From IMG/VR virus record IMGVR_UViG_3300044966_000489: 64,000 nt of DNA; one strand, 5' to 3'. The translations under genes were made by a program, and so were the position numbers. This document shows, one piece after another, positions 22,101 to 31,087 of the stretch. Each line of letters opens with the position of its first letter. Positions within the stretch are counted from its first letter, which is position 1. This stretch comes from a virus. The notes beneath the pieces were generated by a model. That model had not been told where the DNA came from. It saw only the letters and a list, made by a program, of their open reading frames with translations, and did not search any database.

Positions 22101-25100
22101 TTTGTTGTGCCTATACCAATGTTACCATCTTCTCTTTTAATATTTAAAGATCGATAATGCCCACTAGCATGATATGTTCCAAGAGATACCGTGTTTGCAT
22201 CAGCATCATAACCAATATAACCTCCATAACCAGTATTTCCATAAGCGGCTCTTTCCTCTGAAAAGACTATTCTTTTAAAGTAAGTATCATTTATGTCCAA
22301 CAACATCCAAGGTTCATTATTACTTGGATCAGAAATATGAAGTTTAGCAACTGGATTATCTGTTGCTATGCCAACATTTCCTTGCTGAGAAACCACCATT
22401 TGCTTGGAAAGTCCGCCGCTTACATTCCATACAGCAAAAGTATTATTCGCATCTGCTCCAATTGCTCCTTGGCCAGTAGCACTAGCCGTTCTTCCTAGAA
22501 CTAATTGAATAGAGGCATTAGCAGTAGCAATTTGTGCGCCATAATTAACTCTCTTATTAGCAATTGGTACGCCAACTCCTAATTCATCAGCTACATAAAG
22601 ATCTGCTCCAATATTTAAATTAGTAGTGACTTCTAAAGAGCCATCTGTTTTAATTGTATCTTCAGCAGATCTATATAAATTTGCTTGAGCATCTCCTCCA
22701 AAAGTGATACCGCTCGCTGCTGAAGTTGATCCAAGTCCACCAAGAGAAAGAAGTGTTTGTGGATTTATAGTTCCAATTCCAACTTTACCATCAGGTTTAA
22801 AAATTGCTAATCCGCTAACTCCAGCAGCTAAAATTATTGAACTTGGATTAAGTGTCGCTAAAAGTAGATCCTCAGAAAAGCCTCCGGTAATTGCAGAAGA
22901 TGCACCTATACTAAATCTTTGATTTGTACCTTTGAAAAATTCAATTTGTGGACCAGCACCATTTCCCGTACTTCCAATTATTCTAACTGTAGAAGTACTT
23001 GTCGCTGCACCTGTGTTAGCTACTACCAATCTTACATTAGGATTAGTAATACCTATACCTACATTACCTTGAAATATAGCTTGTCCGTTTGATAAAGTAG
23101 TAGTCTGATAAGTATCTCCAACTGCTAATCCTCCATAAATTAAAGAAGAAAAAGATGAATTATTTATTCCTGTAGTTACTCTATCATATCCAATCCATTG
23201 ATTTCCTTTACCATCTATTCTTAGTGGTCCCATTGCAGTATCAAAAGAAATAAGAAAAAGAGAAGCTTTTTCGGCATTTGTATCTGATGCTTGGAATCTT
23301 GGTAATTCAAGATTCATTATTCCGTAAATATCAACGCTAGATGGTCCTCCGTCCGCAAGATCAATAATTTTAAATGCTGGAGTTGAAGTCCAAGTGCCGG
23401 GATAAGTTAATGTACCATGTCTTAAAATACCCAAAGAATAGTCTATGTTATTGCCAGAAGCATTTTGTCCAATTTGCAAGCTATAAGTAGGACTTGTTGT
23501 TGAAATACCGACATTGCCATTAGAAGTTATACTCATTAGAGTATTTCTTCCCCCTCCCCCAACAGTATTTTCGGTGCTAAAATATAAACTTTGACCAGTT
23601 GCCCAATCAAAATAATTTATTCCATTAGTTCTAAATAAAGAAATTCTTGCATTATTTCCTTCAGTAATTAACTCTCCACTTGCTCTTACTGTACCAATTA
23701 CATCTAACTTATAAATTGGATTATCTGTTCCTATTCCAAGGTTTCCTGCAACTGCATTAATATGGGAATCTCCATTGGCATTTAAAAGAGTTTGAGATCC
23801 AGCAGTGCCATCTCCTTTAAATATTTGAAAATACTTCCCACCGTTTGTATTTGTATTTCTAAATAATCTAAAATAAGCATTAGCACTAGAAATGTCAGGA
23901 TAGTCAATTTCTAAAAATGTATTATTATTTGACCCATCACCAACTTTAAAATTAGCTCCATCTCTTGTTAAAATCTTAACGGCACCAGTGATTGTTAATT
24001 TTTCAGAAGGATTACTTACTCCAATTCCAACATTTGCATTTTGAGACACACTCCAAGCCAAATTACTTGGACCTCTTGTAAATAAAACTGAATCACCACT
24101 TATGAAGTAAAGTCTAGCAGAAGAAGTGGCAAAACCATCTGCATTTTCAAAATAAATACCCCCCTGAGAACCAGTAACTCCTTGCTTTAAAAAAAGAACA
24201 TTACCATCTGCTCCAGATACATGTAATCTTCCTGCTGGAGTATCGGTTCCTATGCCAACATTTCCTCCTCCTAAATTAAATAAAATATTACTATTAGCTC
24301 CATCAAAACGAACTCTTGGAGCAGTGTCAATTTCTCCACCTCTTTGTATCTGTAAATTGGTGTTTGCATTGTCTACATAGTAATACCAATCGACAGAACC
24401 TGCTGTAGTAAATGCCATTCCATTCTCATAAGAATCAGAAATTCTATTTAATACTAAAGAAGAAGCTCCTCCTCCTTGACCATCAATAGTAAAATTACCA
24501 TCTGTTTTAATCCTTGAGGAAGATATTCTATATAAATTAGCTTGACTATCTGCGCCAAAAGTTATACCACTTAAAGCAGTAGTAGAACCCGCACCGCCAA
24601 TTGATAACAATGTAGATGGAATTTCTGTACCTATCCCAACTCTTCCACTTGGATCAATTGTTACTCTAATCTCAGCCGTTGATGCATTACGAGTTCCAAA
24701 TTTAATATAACTTCCCGGATCACCATAATTTGTAATAGAAAAAACATTAGCATTTAAACCTAATGTAGTACTTGAATCGTCACTAGTTGAATTACCAAAA
24801 ACTAATTGGGTGGCCGGATTTGTTGCCCAATTTCTTATGTATAAAGAAGCTACGCCACCGGGATTATCATTTCTAATAATAGCATTTCCGCTAAAAACTT
24901 CTAGTTTGGCAGAAGGACTTGTCGTACCTATTCCAACTCCAGTTCCTAAATCATAAATACTACCTGTAATTAATTCTTTAGTCCCGTTCCAGCGAGCGGT
25001 CCAATTAGCCACTCCTTGACCAGATAAGAAAGTGCTACCTGCATAACCACTTAGAGAATTAATCCTAGCGTTAAGAGTCGAACCTGTGGCAGCTAGGTTC

Positions 25101-25354
25101 GTTATCGTCGCGAAGGTCGCATCAGAGTAACCGCTAAGAGAATTTATCCTATTATTTAATAAGGTTCCAGTAGCAGCAATTTGTCCACTCAAAGCTGCAA
25201 GATCAGTATTACTTGAATCTGCTTGCCACATCACTCCAGATGACGTAGCTGTTAGGACTTGACCGGCAATTCCTAAACTGTAAGAACGATCAAATATAAA
25301 ACCAGATATCTGAACGCCCGTAGTGAATAATTCATCTATAGCAAATTGCGCCAT
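16160..25354 (-). CDS. Giant tail-fibre-like protein (3064 aa) with GNVGIGTxxP repeats
   Basis: Same repeat type. C-terminal TKSFDITHP...LAHASLEGPENGVYFRG domain, as seen at the ends of phage fibres. Confidence 0.8.
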   Translation of the reverse strand: MAQFAIDELFTTGVQISGFIFDRSYSLGIAGQVLTATSSGVMWQADSSNTDLAALSGQIAATGTLLNNRINSLSGYSDATFATITNLAATGSTLNARINSLSGYAGSTFLSGQGVANWTARWNGTKELITGSIYDLGTGVGIGTTSPSAKLEVFSGNAIIRNDNPGGVASLYIRNWATNPATQLVFGNSTSDDSSTTLGLNANVFSITNYGDPGSYIKFGTRNASTAEIRVTIDPSGRVGIGTEIPSTLLSIGGAGSTTALSGITFGADSQANLYRISSSRIKTDGNFTIDGQGGGASSLVLNRISDSYENGMAFTTAGSVDWYYYVDNANTNLQIQRGGEIDTAPRVRFDGANSNILFNLGGGNVGIGTDTPAGRLHVSGADGNVLFLKQGVTGSQGGIYFENADGFATSSARLYFISGDSVLFTRGPSNLAWSVSQNANVGIGVSNPSEKLTITGAVKILTRDGANFKVGDGSNNNTFLEIDYPDISSANAYFRLFRNTNTNGGKYFQIFKGDGTAGSQTLLNANGDSHINAVAGNLGIGTDNPIYKLDVIGTVRASGELITEGNNARISLFRTNGINYFDWATGQSLYFSTENTVGGGGRNTLMSITSNGNVGISTTSPTYSLQIGQNASGNNIDYSLGILRHGTLTYPGTWTSTPAFKIIDLADGGPSSVDIYGIMNLELPRFQASDTNAEKASLFLISFDTAMGPLRIDGKGNQWIGYDRVTTGINNSSFSSLIYGGLAVGDTYQTTTLSNGQAIFQGNVGIGITNPNVRLVVANTGAATSTSTVRIIGSTGNGAGPQIEFFKGTNQRFSIGASSAITGGFSEDLLLATLNPSSIILAAGVSGLAIFKPDGKVGIGTINPQTLLSLGGLGSTSAASGITFGGDAQANLYRSAEDTIKTDGSLEVTTNLNIGADLYVADELGVGVPIANKRVNYGAQIATANASIQLVLGRTASATGQGAIGADANNTFAVWNVSGGLSKQMVVSQQGNVGIATDNPVAKLHISDPSNNEPWMLLDINDTYFKRIVFSEERAAYGNTGYGGYIGYDADANTVSLGTYHASGHYRSLNIKREDGNIGIGTTNPVSKLNIFSETGTSQIFNQLQLTNLGTLNPGNIVGIGFAAGESTQYGVKGSIGFERTDNYGRGSLIFYTNNTAGTESVSTSNERLRIAANGNVGINTVSPNSTLRIHGSFSQRANGGVFQEYKNVTTFNLDNYGVGGYVIQTPFKLGVNYEMSIVHVKGYNYGNSSLYDFKVIFYDYGPSHAPINYSLIDLGNDGSPKYLAKDANNNLAICFGNSGDSSYFNRFTVDCITTRNGSSDYSQGWSAYQTTGLNYGFASTGVYQLNSPINFRTSNYVGIGTTNPQYKLDVKGDVFVQGNLRGDDGARGYLLGKDTLIGGRSYLVLDPDSTDGVGAGSDYLYIAQENTTGVISNSANGAIVFRGGSERVRIDTSNGNVGIGTFNPGYLLDLYKVPATSGTLQPMLTLNSDYASATTTNFGSSIVFKGRTAGNELQENAQIAAYNENANDNGYALGFYTRPSVAGGLQQRLTILRGGNVGVGTTNPQTKLDVRGTLSVYQSADSDYIYFDHAGVNTWRTRVTTDNTSTYVIGNDAPGVPLANKILNITNAGKVGIGIVSPATLLGIGGAGSTTAASGLTFGNDAQANLYRVAEDTIKTDGSLTVAGLIYNGNNAYYSSVAKSTTANWGQYTVLLGNNSYSNQLIQVTVDGGNVSWNGIFVANASNSYRPTDMWGNVKLLECSTYNCNTDDVILNVMSNTAPNGYGSVALVLKTNGLVNGSYGTGYANVITVTSTGPTPNSFVLSSSSWTSPYTYVTSTSENTKQIYTTESGRVGIGTFAPAYKLDITGPATANGSTLRLNDAASLSDSKHLLLTRLTATGWIGVAGSQTNDPLCISRSNGYDLIVDSNGKIGAGISANLSGNVHIKNASAGDQTLLVLEHSAGYGTNTENRIDFYDDEAHKIAARIAQYYSAVAGNRWGLKFYTNSSAAINSTPALTLMGNNNVGVGTTNPNYQLTVIGANQATANVTDAGNKGGSILVASSLNNSNQGGSVLFANVNDAGTYTPQWAIKSLFLNGNGYGLGDLAFSSRRATGDTSLTESVRFTYDGKVGIGTASPGAKLDVNGDVYISPNTAGKNTFILSTNASNDARLLMRSDTTTKVDIQANGTSYFNGGNVGIGTASPTTLLSVGGAGSTGPASGITFGGDAQANLYRSAEDTIRTDGAFIAGGYIRALSYVQLLTNLYPDSYTDNLNLNIGNLSATNWETAIKIKPGSYVGIGTTQPSGKLHIVSSIANETVLRVDGTNGTLLSVVDDLSDSLFSVNNGAGLPVLEVFADDRIVAGQYNSGDFVLVNNKIGIGTTNPANKLSVIGAASIGSNSFNVAAPANGLTVEGKVGIGTSSVDSWAQLKVIGTTALGGITYVTDKIQALTAFPGSATSLLLNPDGGNVGINTTSPAQRLHVRGEQVYLYNDLNTSNTFFYARNSGAGNAGIKMKNIDGEWTIIANDRLRFIDDDAGVERLSILSNGNVGVGLTIPQKPLDAISSSNDFVTVGATSLGVGNWCGIHFGYREDNNLYRKSAIVFERTDLTSSNAQGKVHILNGPQAGSSNATLSDAKITINEAGKVGIGTTEPLNKLSVIASNGTAYYNRTDPVATFQGASPSTILVSVDGNVDGYYAELKLGNAQSTYYPYSAYVRGIQGAGIDYYRLEFGTSAGSAANTRMTIANNGNVGIGLTNTQHKLQISGGSVAFTSSTGLAVEMLGITSLNVAYVGPYATTTDGNAPSLVLFNHGASVQQTYFYSSGRIAMVLNKEGRLNIAGNAGNTPPALLNIGPTSSVTAVSGMSFGNDAEANFYRSAEDTIKSDGNLIVVGNVTAANLVSGNGTLNYITKWNGTKSVTNSQIFDDGTYVGINTVSNTTYRLQVNGSFAATTKSFDITHPTISGKRLAHASLEGPENGVYFRGQNNNSEINLPHYWSGLVHDDSITVDLTSIGKRKDGKIRNYSVDQIGHNKVYIYTDSDDNIYNYYYTIFAERKDVSKLVTERYTE

Positions 25355-25453
25355 TTTAAAACCTTATACCTTATTATTATTTACACAAAAAAATCTTTAG
25401 CCCCCTAAAAATCGAGAGCTAAAGATTGCGTTTCTAATATTTTGATCTAATAT

Positions 25454-25678
25454 TTAGACCTGCATCTTTGGGAACGGAGGAATTTCTGGTCCCTTTGCGT
25501 TGCCAATTGCGGCTTGAAGAGCAGCAGTACACTTGTCAAGGTATACATGCTCATCATAGCTCAATCTGCTTTGACGACCCAAGCCCACAAAAGTATTTAG
25601 GGCAATTTGTGGCGTAGGATCTGGCAGATCTCTTACGGATGGAGGTTGCTGTGGTTGCTGTTGATTAGTCTGTTCCAT
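25454..25678 (-). CDS. Hypothetical protein
   Basis: 74-aa ORF in operon context. Confidence 0.6.
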   Translation of the reverse strand: MEQTNQQQPQQPPSVRDLPDPTPQIALNTFVGLGRQSRLSYDEHVYLDKCTAALQAAIGNAKGPEIPPFPKMQV

Positions 25679-25687
25679 ATATTTGTA

Positions 25688-26044
25688 TTATCTTCCTTCG
25701 GCTAAAATTTTCTTTACAGTATCAGAAACACTAGTATCTAAAACTTTCTTGGTGCTGGATACTCTCAAATAAGAATTATTGTATCTGCGAAACTCGTTCA
25801 ACAATCGCTCTCTTAGCATCTTCATATTGTCAACAGGAATAAGATTCATCTTAAGAGCATGATTTTGAAGGTCGCTTTTAGTCATTGCATTTAGCTGACT
25901 CCAATACTCATCTTCACTAAAAGTACCATATTTATCAGCACCAGAATCACCAAGAATTTGGTCAAGAGTTTGATACTCTTTTTCTTCGATCTTGGCGTGA
26001 GTTTGACTCAAGTCGTCAATCTTTTGCTTCTTCTTTTTAGCCAT
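25688..26044 (-). CDS. Hypothetical protein
   Basis: 118-aa ORF with an AAGG SD-like sequence upstream. Confidence 0.7.
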   Translation of the reverse strand: MAKKKKQKIDDLSQTHAKIEEKEYQTLDQILGDSGADKYGTFSEDEYWSQLNAMTKSDLQNHALKMNLIPVDNMKMLRERLLNEFRRYNNSYLRVSSTKKVLDTSVSDTVKKILAEGR

Positions 26045-26080
26045 ACCTTATATTAATACATATAGTTAAAAATGTAAAAT

Positions 26081-26112
26081 AAAAAACCCCGGAGGGGTTG
26101 CCTCCGGGGTTA
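26081..26112 (-). terminator. Intrinsic terminator after the major capsid gene
   Basis: AAAAAACCCCGGAGG-GGTTG-CCTCCGGGGTT inverted repeat. Confidence 0.85.
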
Positions 26113-26128
26113 AAACCTAACTTAGATT

Positions 26129-27286
26129 TTATACGTCATCGAATCTCATACCGACGACAGCGCGAGCGTCGATACAGATACGGCCTTCCTCTAGGAATCC
26201 GTAGAATCCAGTCTTCTCGGCGCGGGTGATGAATTGATCATCAGGGAGAACAGTGAGTTGTCCACCGCTCTCAGCGTTTGTAGCAACTGGGCGAATGAAA
26301 GCATCGCGGCTTAGATCAAGTCCGATAGCAATTTCCTCTGTGCTGGCAAAAGCAGCAGCGGTATTTCCGTTAATATCAGGATAAGTGTTAGCACCAGTAA
26401 AGTTACTGAGAAGAACGTTATACTTTTGGCTTGCACCCAACTCAAGCAACTCAATGATATTGATGCCAAAGAGGCTTTCCATACCACCGCCTCTGAAGAT
26501 CTCAGTGCGAACATCCTCAGACAATTGAGTTTGAGTAGTAGAACTGGTTCCAAAGAGAGGATTGAATGAGAACTGACGAATCTTAGCTTTAGCTTCAGGA
26601 CTGACGAAAAGATCAGTCAAGCCGCGAGCAGAATTATCAGAAGGAGTACCACCAGCAAAAGAAACATTAATTCTCTTGGTGCGGAGGATCAATTCATTTA
26701 ACATTTGAAGATTAAATGTAGCTCCAGAGAAAGTTTGAGAAGGAGAGAGAATGTGCTTCAAAGCTCCAGAAGTTCCGAAAGCAACTGAACGTCCATCCTT
26801 GGTGGAGGCGTTGGCTAGAGCCTTAAGAATAACAGCCCAAGCATTGCGCTCTTGCTTAACAAGAACCTCTTGAGCCATGCGATCCAAAGCTCCGCTAACT
26901 ACGTCAAGACGAGCTTTGCGAGCATACTTCTTGTTGAAGGAAACGGCAGAGTCAAGACGGTAAGTAGCAATCTTCAACTCTTGAACTGGTTGATCCATGT
27001 AGTTGGAGGGTAGACCACCAGCAACATTTTGTGCCCAGACGGAAACTAGACCAGCAGCCTCATTGTAATAGAGATCAAGAGGATAAGAAGGACTATCGTC
27101 CTCATTAAACTCCATATCTCTATAGATCATACCGGCAGTACCAGCTTGAGCGAGTACCTTTTGGATAACTGGTCCAACGAAAGCGGCCAAAGCCTCCATA
27201 GCTTCAGCGGACTCAACGACATTGCGAGAACCAACCTTTTTGATTAGCTCTACTTGTTCTGGCGTATTTTTTAATTTAAGTCTCAT
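26129..27286 (-). CDS. Major capsid protein (HK97 fold)
   Basis: 385 aa. Follows the protease/scaffold and decoration genes and is followed by a strong terminator. C-terminal GFYGFLEEGRICIDARAVVG is capsid-like. Confidence 0.8.
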   Translation of the reverse strand: MRLKLKNTPEQVELIKKVGSRNVVESAEAMEALAAFVGPVIQKVLAQAGTAGMIYRDMEFNEDDSPSYPLDLYYNEAAGLVSVWAQNVAGGLPSNYMDQPVQELKIATYRLDSAVSFNKKYARKARLDVVSGALDRMAQEVLVKQERNAWAVILKALANASTKDGRSVAFGTSGALKHILSPSQTFSGATFNLQMLNELILRTKRINVSFAGGTPSDNSARGLTDLFVSPEAKAKIRQFSFNPLFGTSSTTQTQLSEDVRTEIFRGGGMESLFGINIIELLELGASQKYNVLLSNFTGANTYPDINGNTAAAFASTEEIAIGLDLSRDAFIRPVATNAESGGQLTVLPDDQFITRAEKTGFYGFLEEGRICIDARAVVGMRFDDV

Positions 27287-27323
27287 ATTATTTAGTTAAT
27301 TAGTTAGTTGTTCTTGTTGGTTA

Positions 27324-27893
27324 TTATAGGTCGAGGTTCAATAAGGCATAGCCATCAGTATCAGCAGAACCTAAATAAGTTCCAACCTTAGCACCACCGC
27401 TACCACCATAAATGACAGCATTGGTTTCCAATTCACCATTAGCATTGATGAAAGCAGAGTTACCAGCGGTAGCTCCAGTTGCATAAGCCAAGATGATGCC
27501 GCGCTTGAGAACGGGAACAGTTTGTCCAGAGACAACTGCGCTCAACTCAGCAGCTTTGCGAGGGTTATAGATAAGTTTCTCGCCGTTTTCGTCTGTTTCA
27601 CGAACGTCATTGAGAAGGATTCCGATAACCTTGCCCAAGTCTCCAGTGCCAGCAGTAGTAACGCGAGCAGTGGTGGAATAACGATCAGAAACGACGTTGC
27701 TGTAAGAAGCTCCTACAGCACCATTTGATAGAATGTTTAGAGCGTCGTCAGTGTTTCTCCAACCTGAGCCAAGGACTTTAACGAAAGTTCCTTTGTTTAC
27801 AGTTTCGAGATCAAAAGCGAACATGTTGATAACTTCATGCTCACCATAACCACGAAATGGTTTAATTAATCTTTTAGTAGATGAATATGGCAT
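27324..27893 (-). CDS. Capsid decoration/cement protein
   Basis: 189 aa, Gly/Ala-rich, between scaffold and major capsid genes. Confidence 0.6.
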   Translation of the reverse strand: MPYSSTKRLIKPFRGYGEHEVINMFAFDLETVNKGTFVKVLGSGWRNTDDALNILSNGAVGASYSNVVSDRYSTTARVTTAGTGDLGKVIGILLNDVRETDENGEKLIYNPRKAAELSAVVSGQTVPVLKRGIILAYATGATAGNSAFINANGELETNAVIYGGSGGAKVGTYLGSADTDGYALLNLDL

Positions 27894-27924
27894 AGTGTTT
27901 TCCTATTATATATTTATTGTTTGT

Positions 27925-29394
27925 TTATTTTGTAATAACGAAGCCTTCGTCATTAAAAGCTGATTGATATTTTTGCTTAATTGTCTTTGATGGAGCAACA
28001 ACGCCAGCAGTAATCTTGTCAGTTTGCTGAGTTCCGTTGCTAATAGCGTCATCAACGACAGTAGCATTTTCGGTAGAAGCAACAGATTGCTTGTCCTCTG
28101 TAGCCATTGTCTCTTTTTTCTCTTCTTTTGGCATCTTAGAGGCTTTATAAGCTTTGTTCTTCTCCTTCATTAGAACGCCCATTTTCTTTTTGTAGGCGGC
28201 GAAAGAATCATCGTCTAAATCTCTGATATCGTTAGCAATTACTTCCCTATCTTCTGAATCAAGATCAAACTCTTCATCAAGTCCAGCCATTCTGGAAGAG
28301 AATAGTTCTTGCTTCTCCTTAGAAGCTTTTTCTTGTTGTAGGGTTTCTAAAGATTGCTTGAGGGTCTCAAGTTCTTTCTTTAGGTTTTCAGAATCAGTAG
28401 AGAGACTAGCGTACTTCTCTTCAGCATTCTTGATTGCGTCTTCTTTTGCTTTCTTCTCAGCAGCAAATTTCTCAGAGGCTTCTTTGAGTTGCTCTCCAAT
28501 GAAATCTCTGATGGAAGAAGCGGTTGCTTCTTTAAGCAACTCATCAGTAATTTGCGATACTTCAGATATTTTCATATTCTTTCTTTCGATAATTACATTA
28601 GATTCTAGGGTTTGTGAAATTTCTTCTGCTTTTTGCTGTATCATTTCTTCTGATTCTAGTTTTTTAATACTAACACCGGCGACATCAGCGGCGGGATTCG
28701 CAGTTAAGCCAACTCCTAAAGGAAGCACTCTTCCTTTAATTTTACGGTAAACAGATTGATTTTCGCTTATTCTTCCGCTGCCGCCATATCCGGTTAATTT
28801 ACCTTTAATTTTTTCAATCTCTTCTTTGTCAGAAATGATGGAAGCGTTCTCTATATTTTTCTCGCCGCCTTCTAAAACAGCTATCTCAAAATCATTAAAT
28901 CCTAGCTCCCAAGAGGCACTAACTTTCATGTAGTTATTGGAAGTAGGATCATTTGACTCTTCTATTACATTTGCTAGATCTTTATTTACGATTTTCCAAA
29001 CAACGCCGCCAAGAGTAATGTTGTATGGCTCTTTTTTATCTTTTACTTGCTCTTCTGTAAGAGGCAAATCCGTTCCAAACTCAGAAAATCCTGCTGATAA
29101 AATAACACCAACTACATTTGAGCGATTATGTTCAATGTTAATTGGTTTATTTATAAAATTTTTGTATACTTCAGCGGCAATAGAAGAATCAATTACATCT
29201 CCATTTTTATTAACACGATTTACAACACAAGCATTAAATGCAATAGGCAAAAGATCCATATTAGAATCAGCATTGACTTCAGGAATGAAATTTCCTACGT
29301 CAACTAGACTGGCTAATGATAGATATTTATCTTTTTCCTCAGATACTAAAGGTCTTATTGAGGAACTAAACGTTGTTGAAAAATCAAAATTCAT
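27925..29394 (-). CDS. Prohead protease fused to a coiled-coil scaffold
   Basis: N-terminal NKNGD...KPINIEH...SASWE...GLTANPAA protease motifs; C-terminal charged coiled coil. Confidence 0.75.
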   Translation of the reverse strand: MNFDFSTTFSSSIRPLVSEEKDKYLSLASLVDVGNFIPEVNADSNMDLLPIAFNACVVNRVNKNGDVIDSSIAAEVYKNFINKPINIEHNRSNVVGVILSAGFSEFGTDLPLTEEQVKDKKEPYNITLGGVVWKIVNKDLANVIEESNDPTSNNYMKVSASWELGFNDFEIAVLEGGEKNIENASIISDKEEIEKIKGKLTGYGGSGRISENQSVYRKIKGRVLPLGVGLTANPAADVAGVSIKKLESEEMIQQKAEEISQTLESNVIIERKNMKISEVSQITDELLKEATASSIRDFIGEQLKEASEKFAAEKKAKEDAIKNAEEKYASLSTDSENLKKELETLKQSLETLQQEKASKEKQELFSSRMAGLDEEFDLDSEDREVIANDIRDLDDDSFAAYKKKMGVLMKEKNKAYKASKMPKEEKKETMATEDKQSVASTENATVVDDAISNGTQQTDKITAGVVAPSKTIKQKYQSAFNDEGFVITK

Positions 29395-29396
29395 AT

Positions 29397-29693
29397 TTAT
29401 TCTAGAAAATAATTAATACTGCCGATTGCACTAGCTGTAGAAATTGCTACTCCTGAAAGATCAGGAACTCTAACAGGTACAGAAAAATTACAATTACCTT
29501 GAGCTACATAAGCTAAAACATTTCCAGAAGTAACAGAAGAAGCATTAGTTAAAGTTATAGCAGAATTAGTAGCAATAACATCAGTAATATAAATTCTACC
29601 AACAGTTGGCGGCTGGATTACAACGCCGGTAGTTGTAAAATTAACAGTACTGATTGATACTGAAGGAACTCCGTTTCTTATAAATTCTTTCAT
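29397..29693 (-). CDS. Hypothetical beta-rich virion protein
   Basis: 98-aa ORF in the head operon. Confidence 0.55.
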   Translation of the reverse strand: MKEFIRNGVPSVSISTVNFTTTGVVIQPPTVGRIYITDVIATNSAITLTNASSVTSGNVLAYVAQGNCNFSVPVRVPDLSGVAISTASAIGSINYFLE

Positions 29694-30055
29694 TTTAAAG
29701 TTAGTAAATATTTAGTTTTATTAACGCTTCCTAAAATTTCATCTCTGATATTTAGAAGATCAGTATCCTTAGCAGGGTCTAGCTGAGAAGGTAGATCAGA
29801 GTTAAGGAAAGAAATAAAATTATTCATTGCCTCCAATGGGCTAACGGATTTGTAATTTTGAAGAGTTAGCACAAATGAATCTTTTGCAATGATGCGCCCA
29901 TATTTACCCATGAAAATTTCAACAAATTCATCAATATGTCCAGAAAGGCTATCATATAATTCTCCAAAACTCTGATGCTCTGAATAACCATAAGTTTGCC
30001 AATGGAAAATTTTGACTTGATTTTGAAACTCCAACATTGCAGACAGTATATTCAT
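29690..30055 (-). CDS. Ferritin/Dps-like four-helix protein (DUF5856-like)
   Basis: KIFHWQT.GYSEHQSFGELY....D.FVE...G and DLLNIRDEIL....KTKYLLTLK motifs. Confidence 0.75.
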   Translation of the reverse strand: MNILSAMLEFQNQVKIFHWQTYGYSEHQSFGELYDSLSGHIDEFVEIFMGKYGRIIAKDSFVLTLQNYKSVSPLEAMNNFISFLNSDLPSQLDPAKDTDLLNIRDEILGSVNKTKYLLTLK

Positions 30056-30078
30056 ATCCTTTAGTATTTATACACTCT

Positions 30079-31086
30079 TTAACCTATTTGAACTAACTGG
30101 TCTTGCGTTTTAGTAAGAAGATCTCCCTTTTTGTATGTTGGACCTTCATTTGTAACTTCATAAGAAATCACTTTACCCATGCGATTGGGTAAATCTTTAA
30201 TTTCTTTTATAACTCCTTCGCTTCCATAATGATCACAGTCTTTGTTTACGTTCTTAACCATATTTCCAACCATAAACATTGGTCCCATAGGATAAGAAGC
30301 ATCGCTCTCTTGAGCGAACATTACATAATTATGTATCATTATCATGTAATCTTCTGTGATAGCAATTTTGGCTTGCAAAAAAGGTTCTGTTAAGTTTTCT
30401 TTAATTTTCTCATCATTAATGGCGTTAAGAATATTTTCGGCATGAGTCTTAATCGAAGCAATTGAACCCAAAGACATTTCTAAATACTCATTTTTATACT
30501 CTTCCATTTCTCCTTCTTCATCCATCTCTTCCATTTCTTCATCAGGTTCAGCTACAATCTGAGCTAACTCAGGATAAAGAGCCAAAATCTGTTCTTCTTC
30601 TAAAAATGTAATGCCATCCCAATCTACTTCTTCTGCTTGAGCCTTTTTGAGAGCCTCTTTATCTGGATAGTCTTTATCCCCCGGCTTTGCTGGTTTATAA
30701 TTTTTACCAAGACGTTGTTTCTTCTTTTGGATATTGTACCACAAGCCTTTATTAGCCTCTGACTCCATAGCAACTGAACCTTCGACTGGAGCGGAGCTTC
30801 TCCATTGTCTGCATGACCAATATTTTGCTTTCCATTTAGGGCCGGGATTTTTATCGCAACCGTGTCTAGCTCTAAAGCTCTTTCTTCTTGCGGGATCGTC
30901 TCTTTTAATTTCCATGTTTGGATCACCGAAATTAACTTTAACGATATTACCTTTGTCGTTCTTTACATAAACAGAGAACTTTTTTGGCCCTTTAGGAGTT
31001 CTAAAAGGTTTATTGAGAGTCTTCTTCTCTTTATCTGCGGCGATAATCTTAGAGGAGATATCTATTTCTAGTTCTTTGTTTTTCAT
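30079..31086 (-). CDS. Conserved phage protein (DUF6321-like basic N-terminus, acidic middle)
   Basis: LNKPFRTP.GPKKFSVYVKN...KVNFGD...RRKSFRARH.C motif. Confidence 0.6.
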   Translation of the reverse strand: MKNKELEIDISSKIIAADKEKKTLNKPFRTPKGPKKFSVYVKNDKGNIVKVNFGDPNMEIKRDDPARRKSFRARHGCDKNPGPKWKAKYWSCRQWRSSAPVEGSVAMESEANKGLWYNIQKKKQRLGKNYKPAKPGDKDYPDKEALKKAQAEEVDWDGITFLEEEQILALYPELAQIVAEPDEEMEEMDEEGEMEEYKNEYLEMSLGSIASIKTHAENILNAINDEKIKENLTEPFLQAKIAITEDYMIMIHNYVMFAQESDASYPMGPMFMVGNMVKNVNKDCDHYGSEGVIKEIKDLPNRMGKVISYEVTNEGPTYKKGDLLTKTQDQLVQIG

Positions 31087-31087
31087 A

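Noticed and set aside
9436-25354. Diversity-generating retroelement TR/VR pair in the fibre duplications
   Set aside because: Both copies are coding and internal, the differences look synonymous rather than adenine-specific, and no reverse transcriptase is present.
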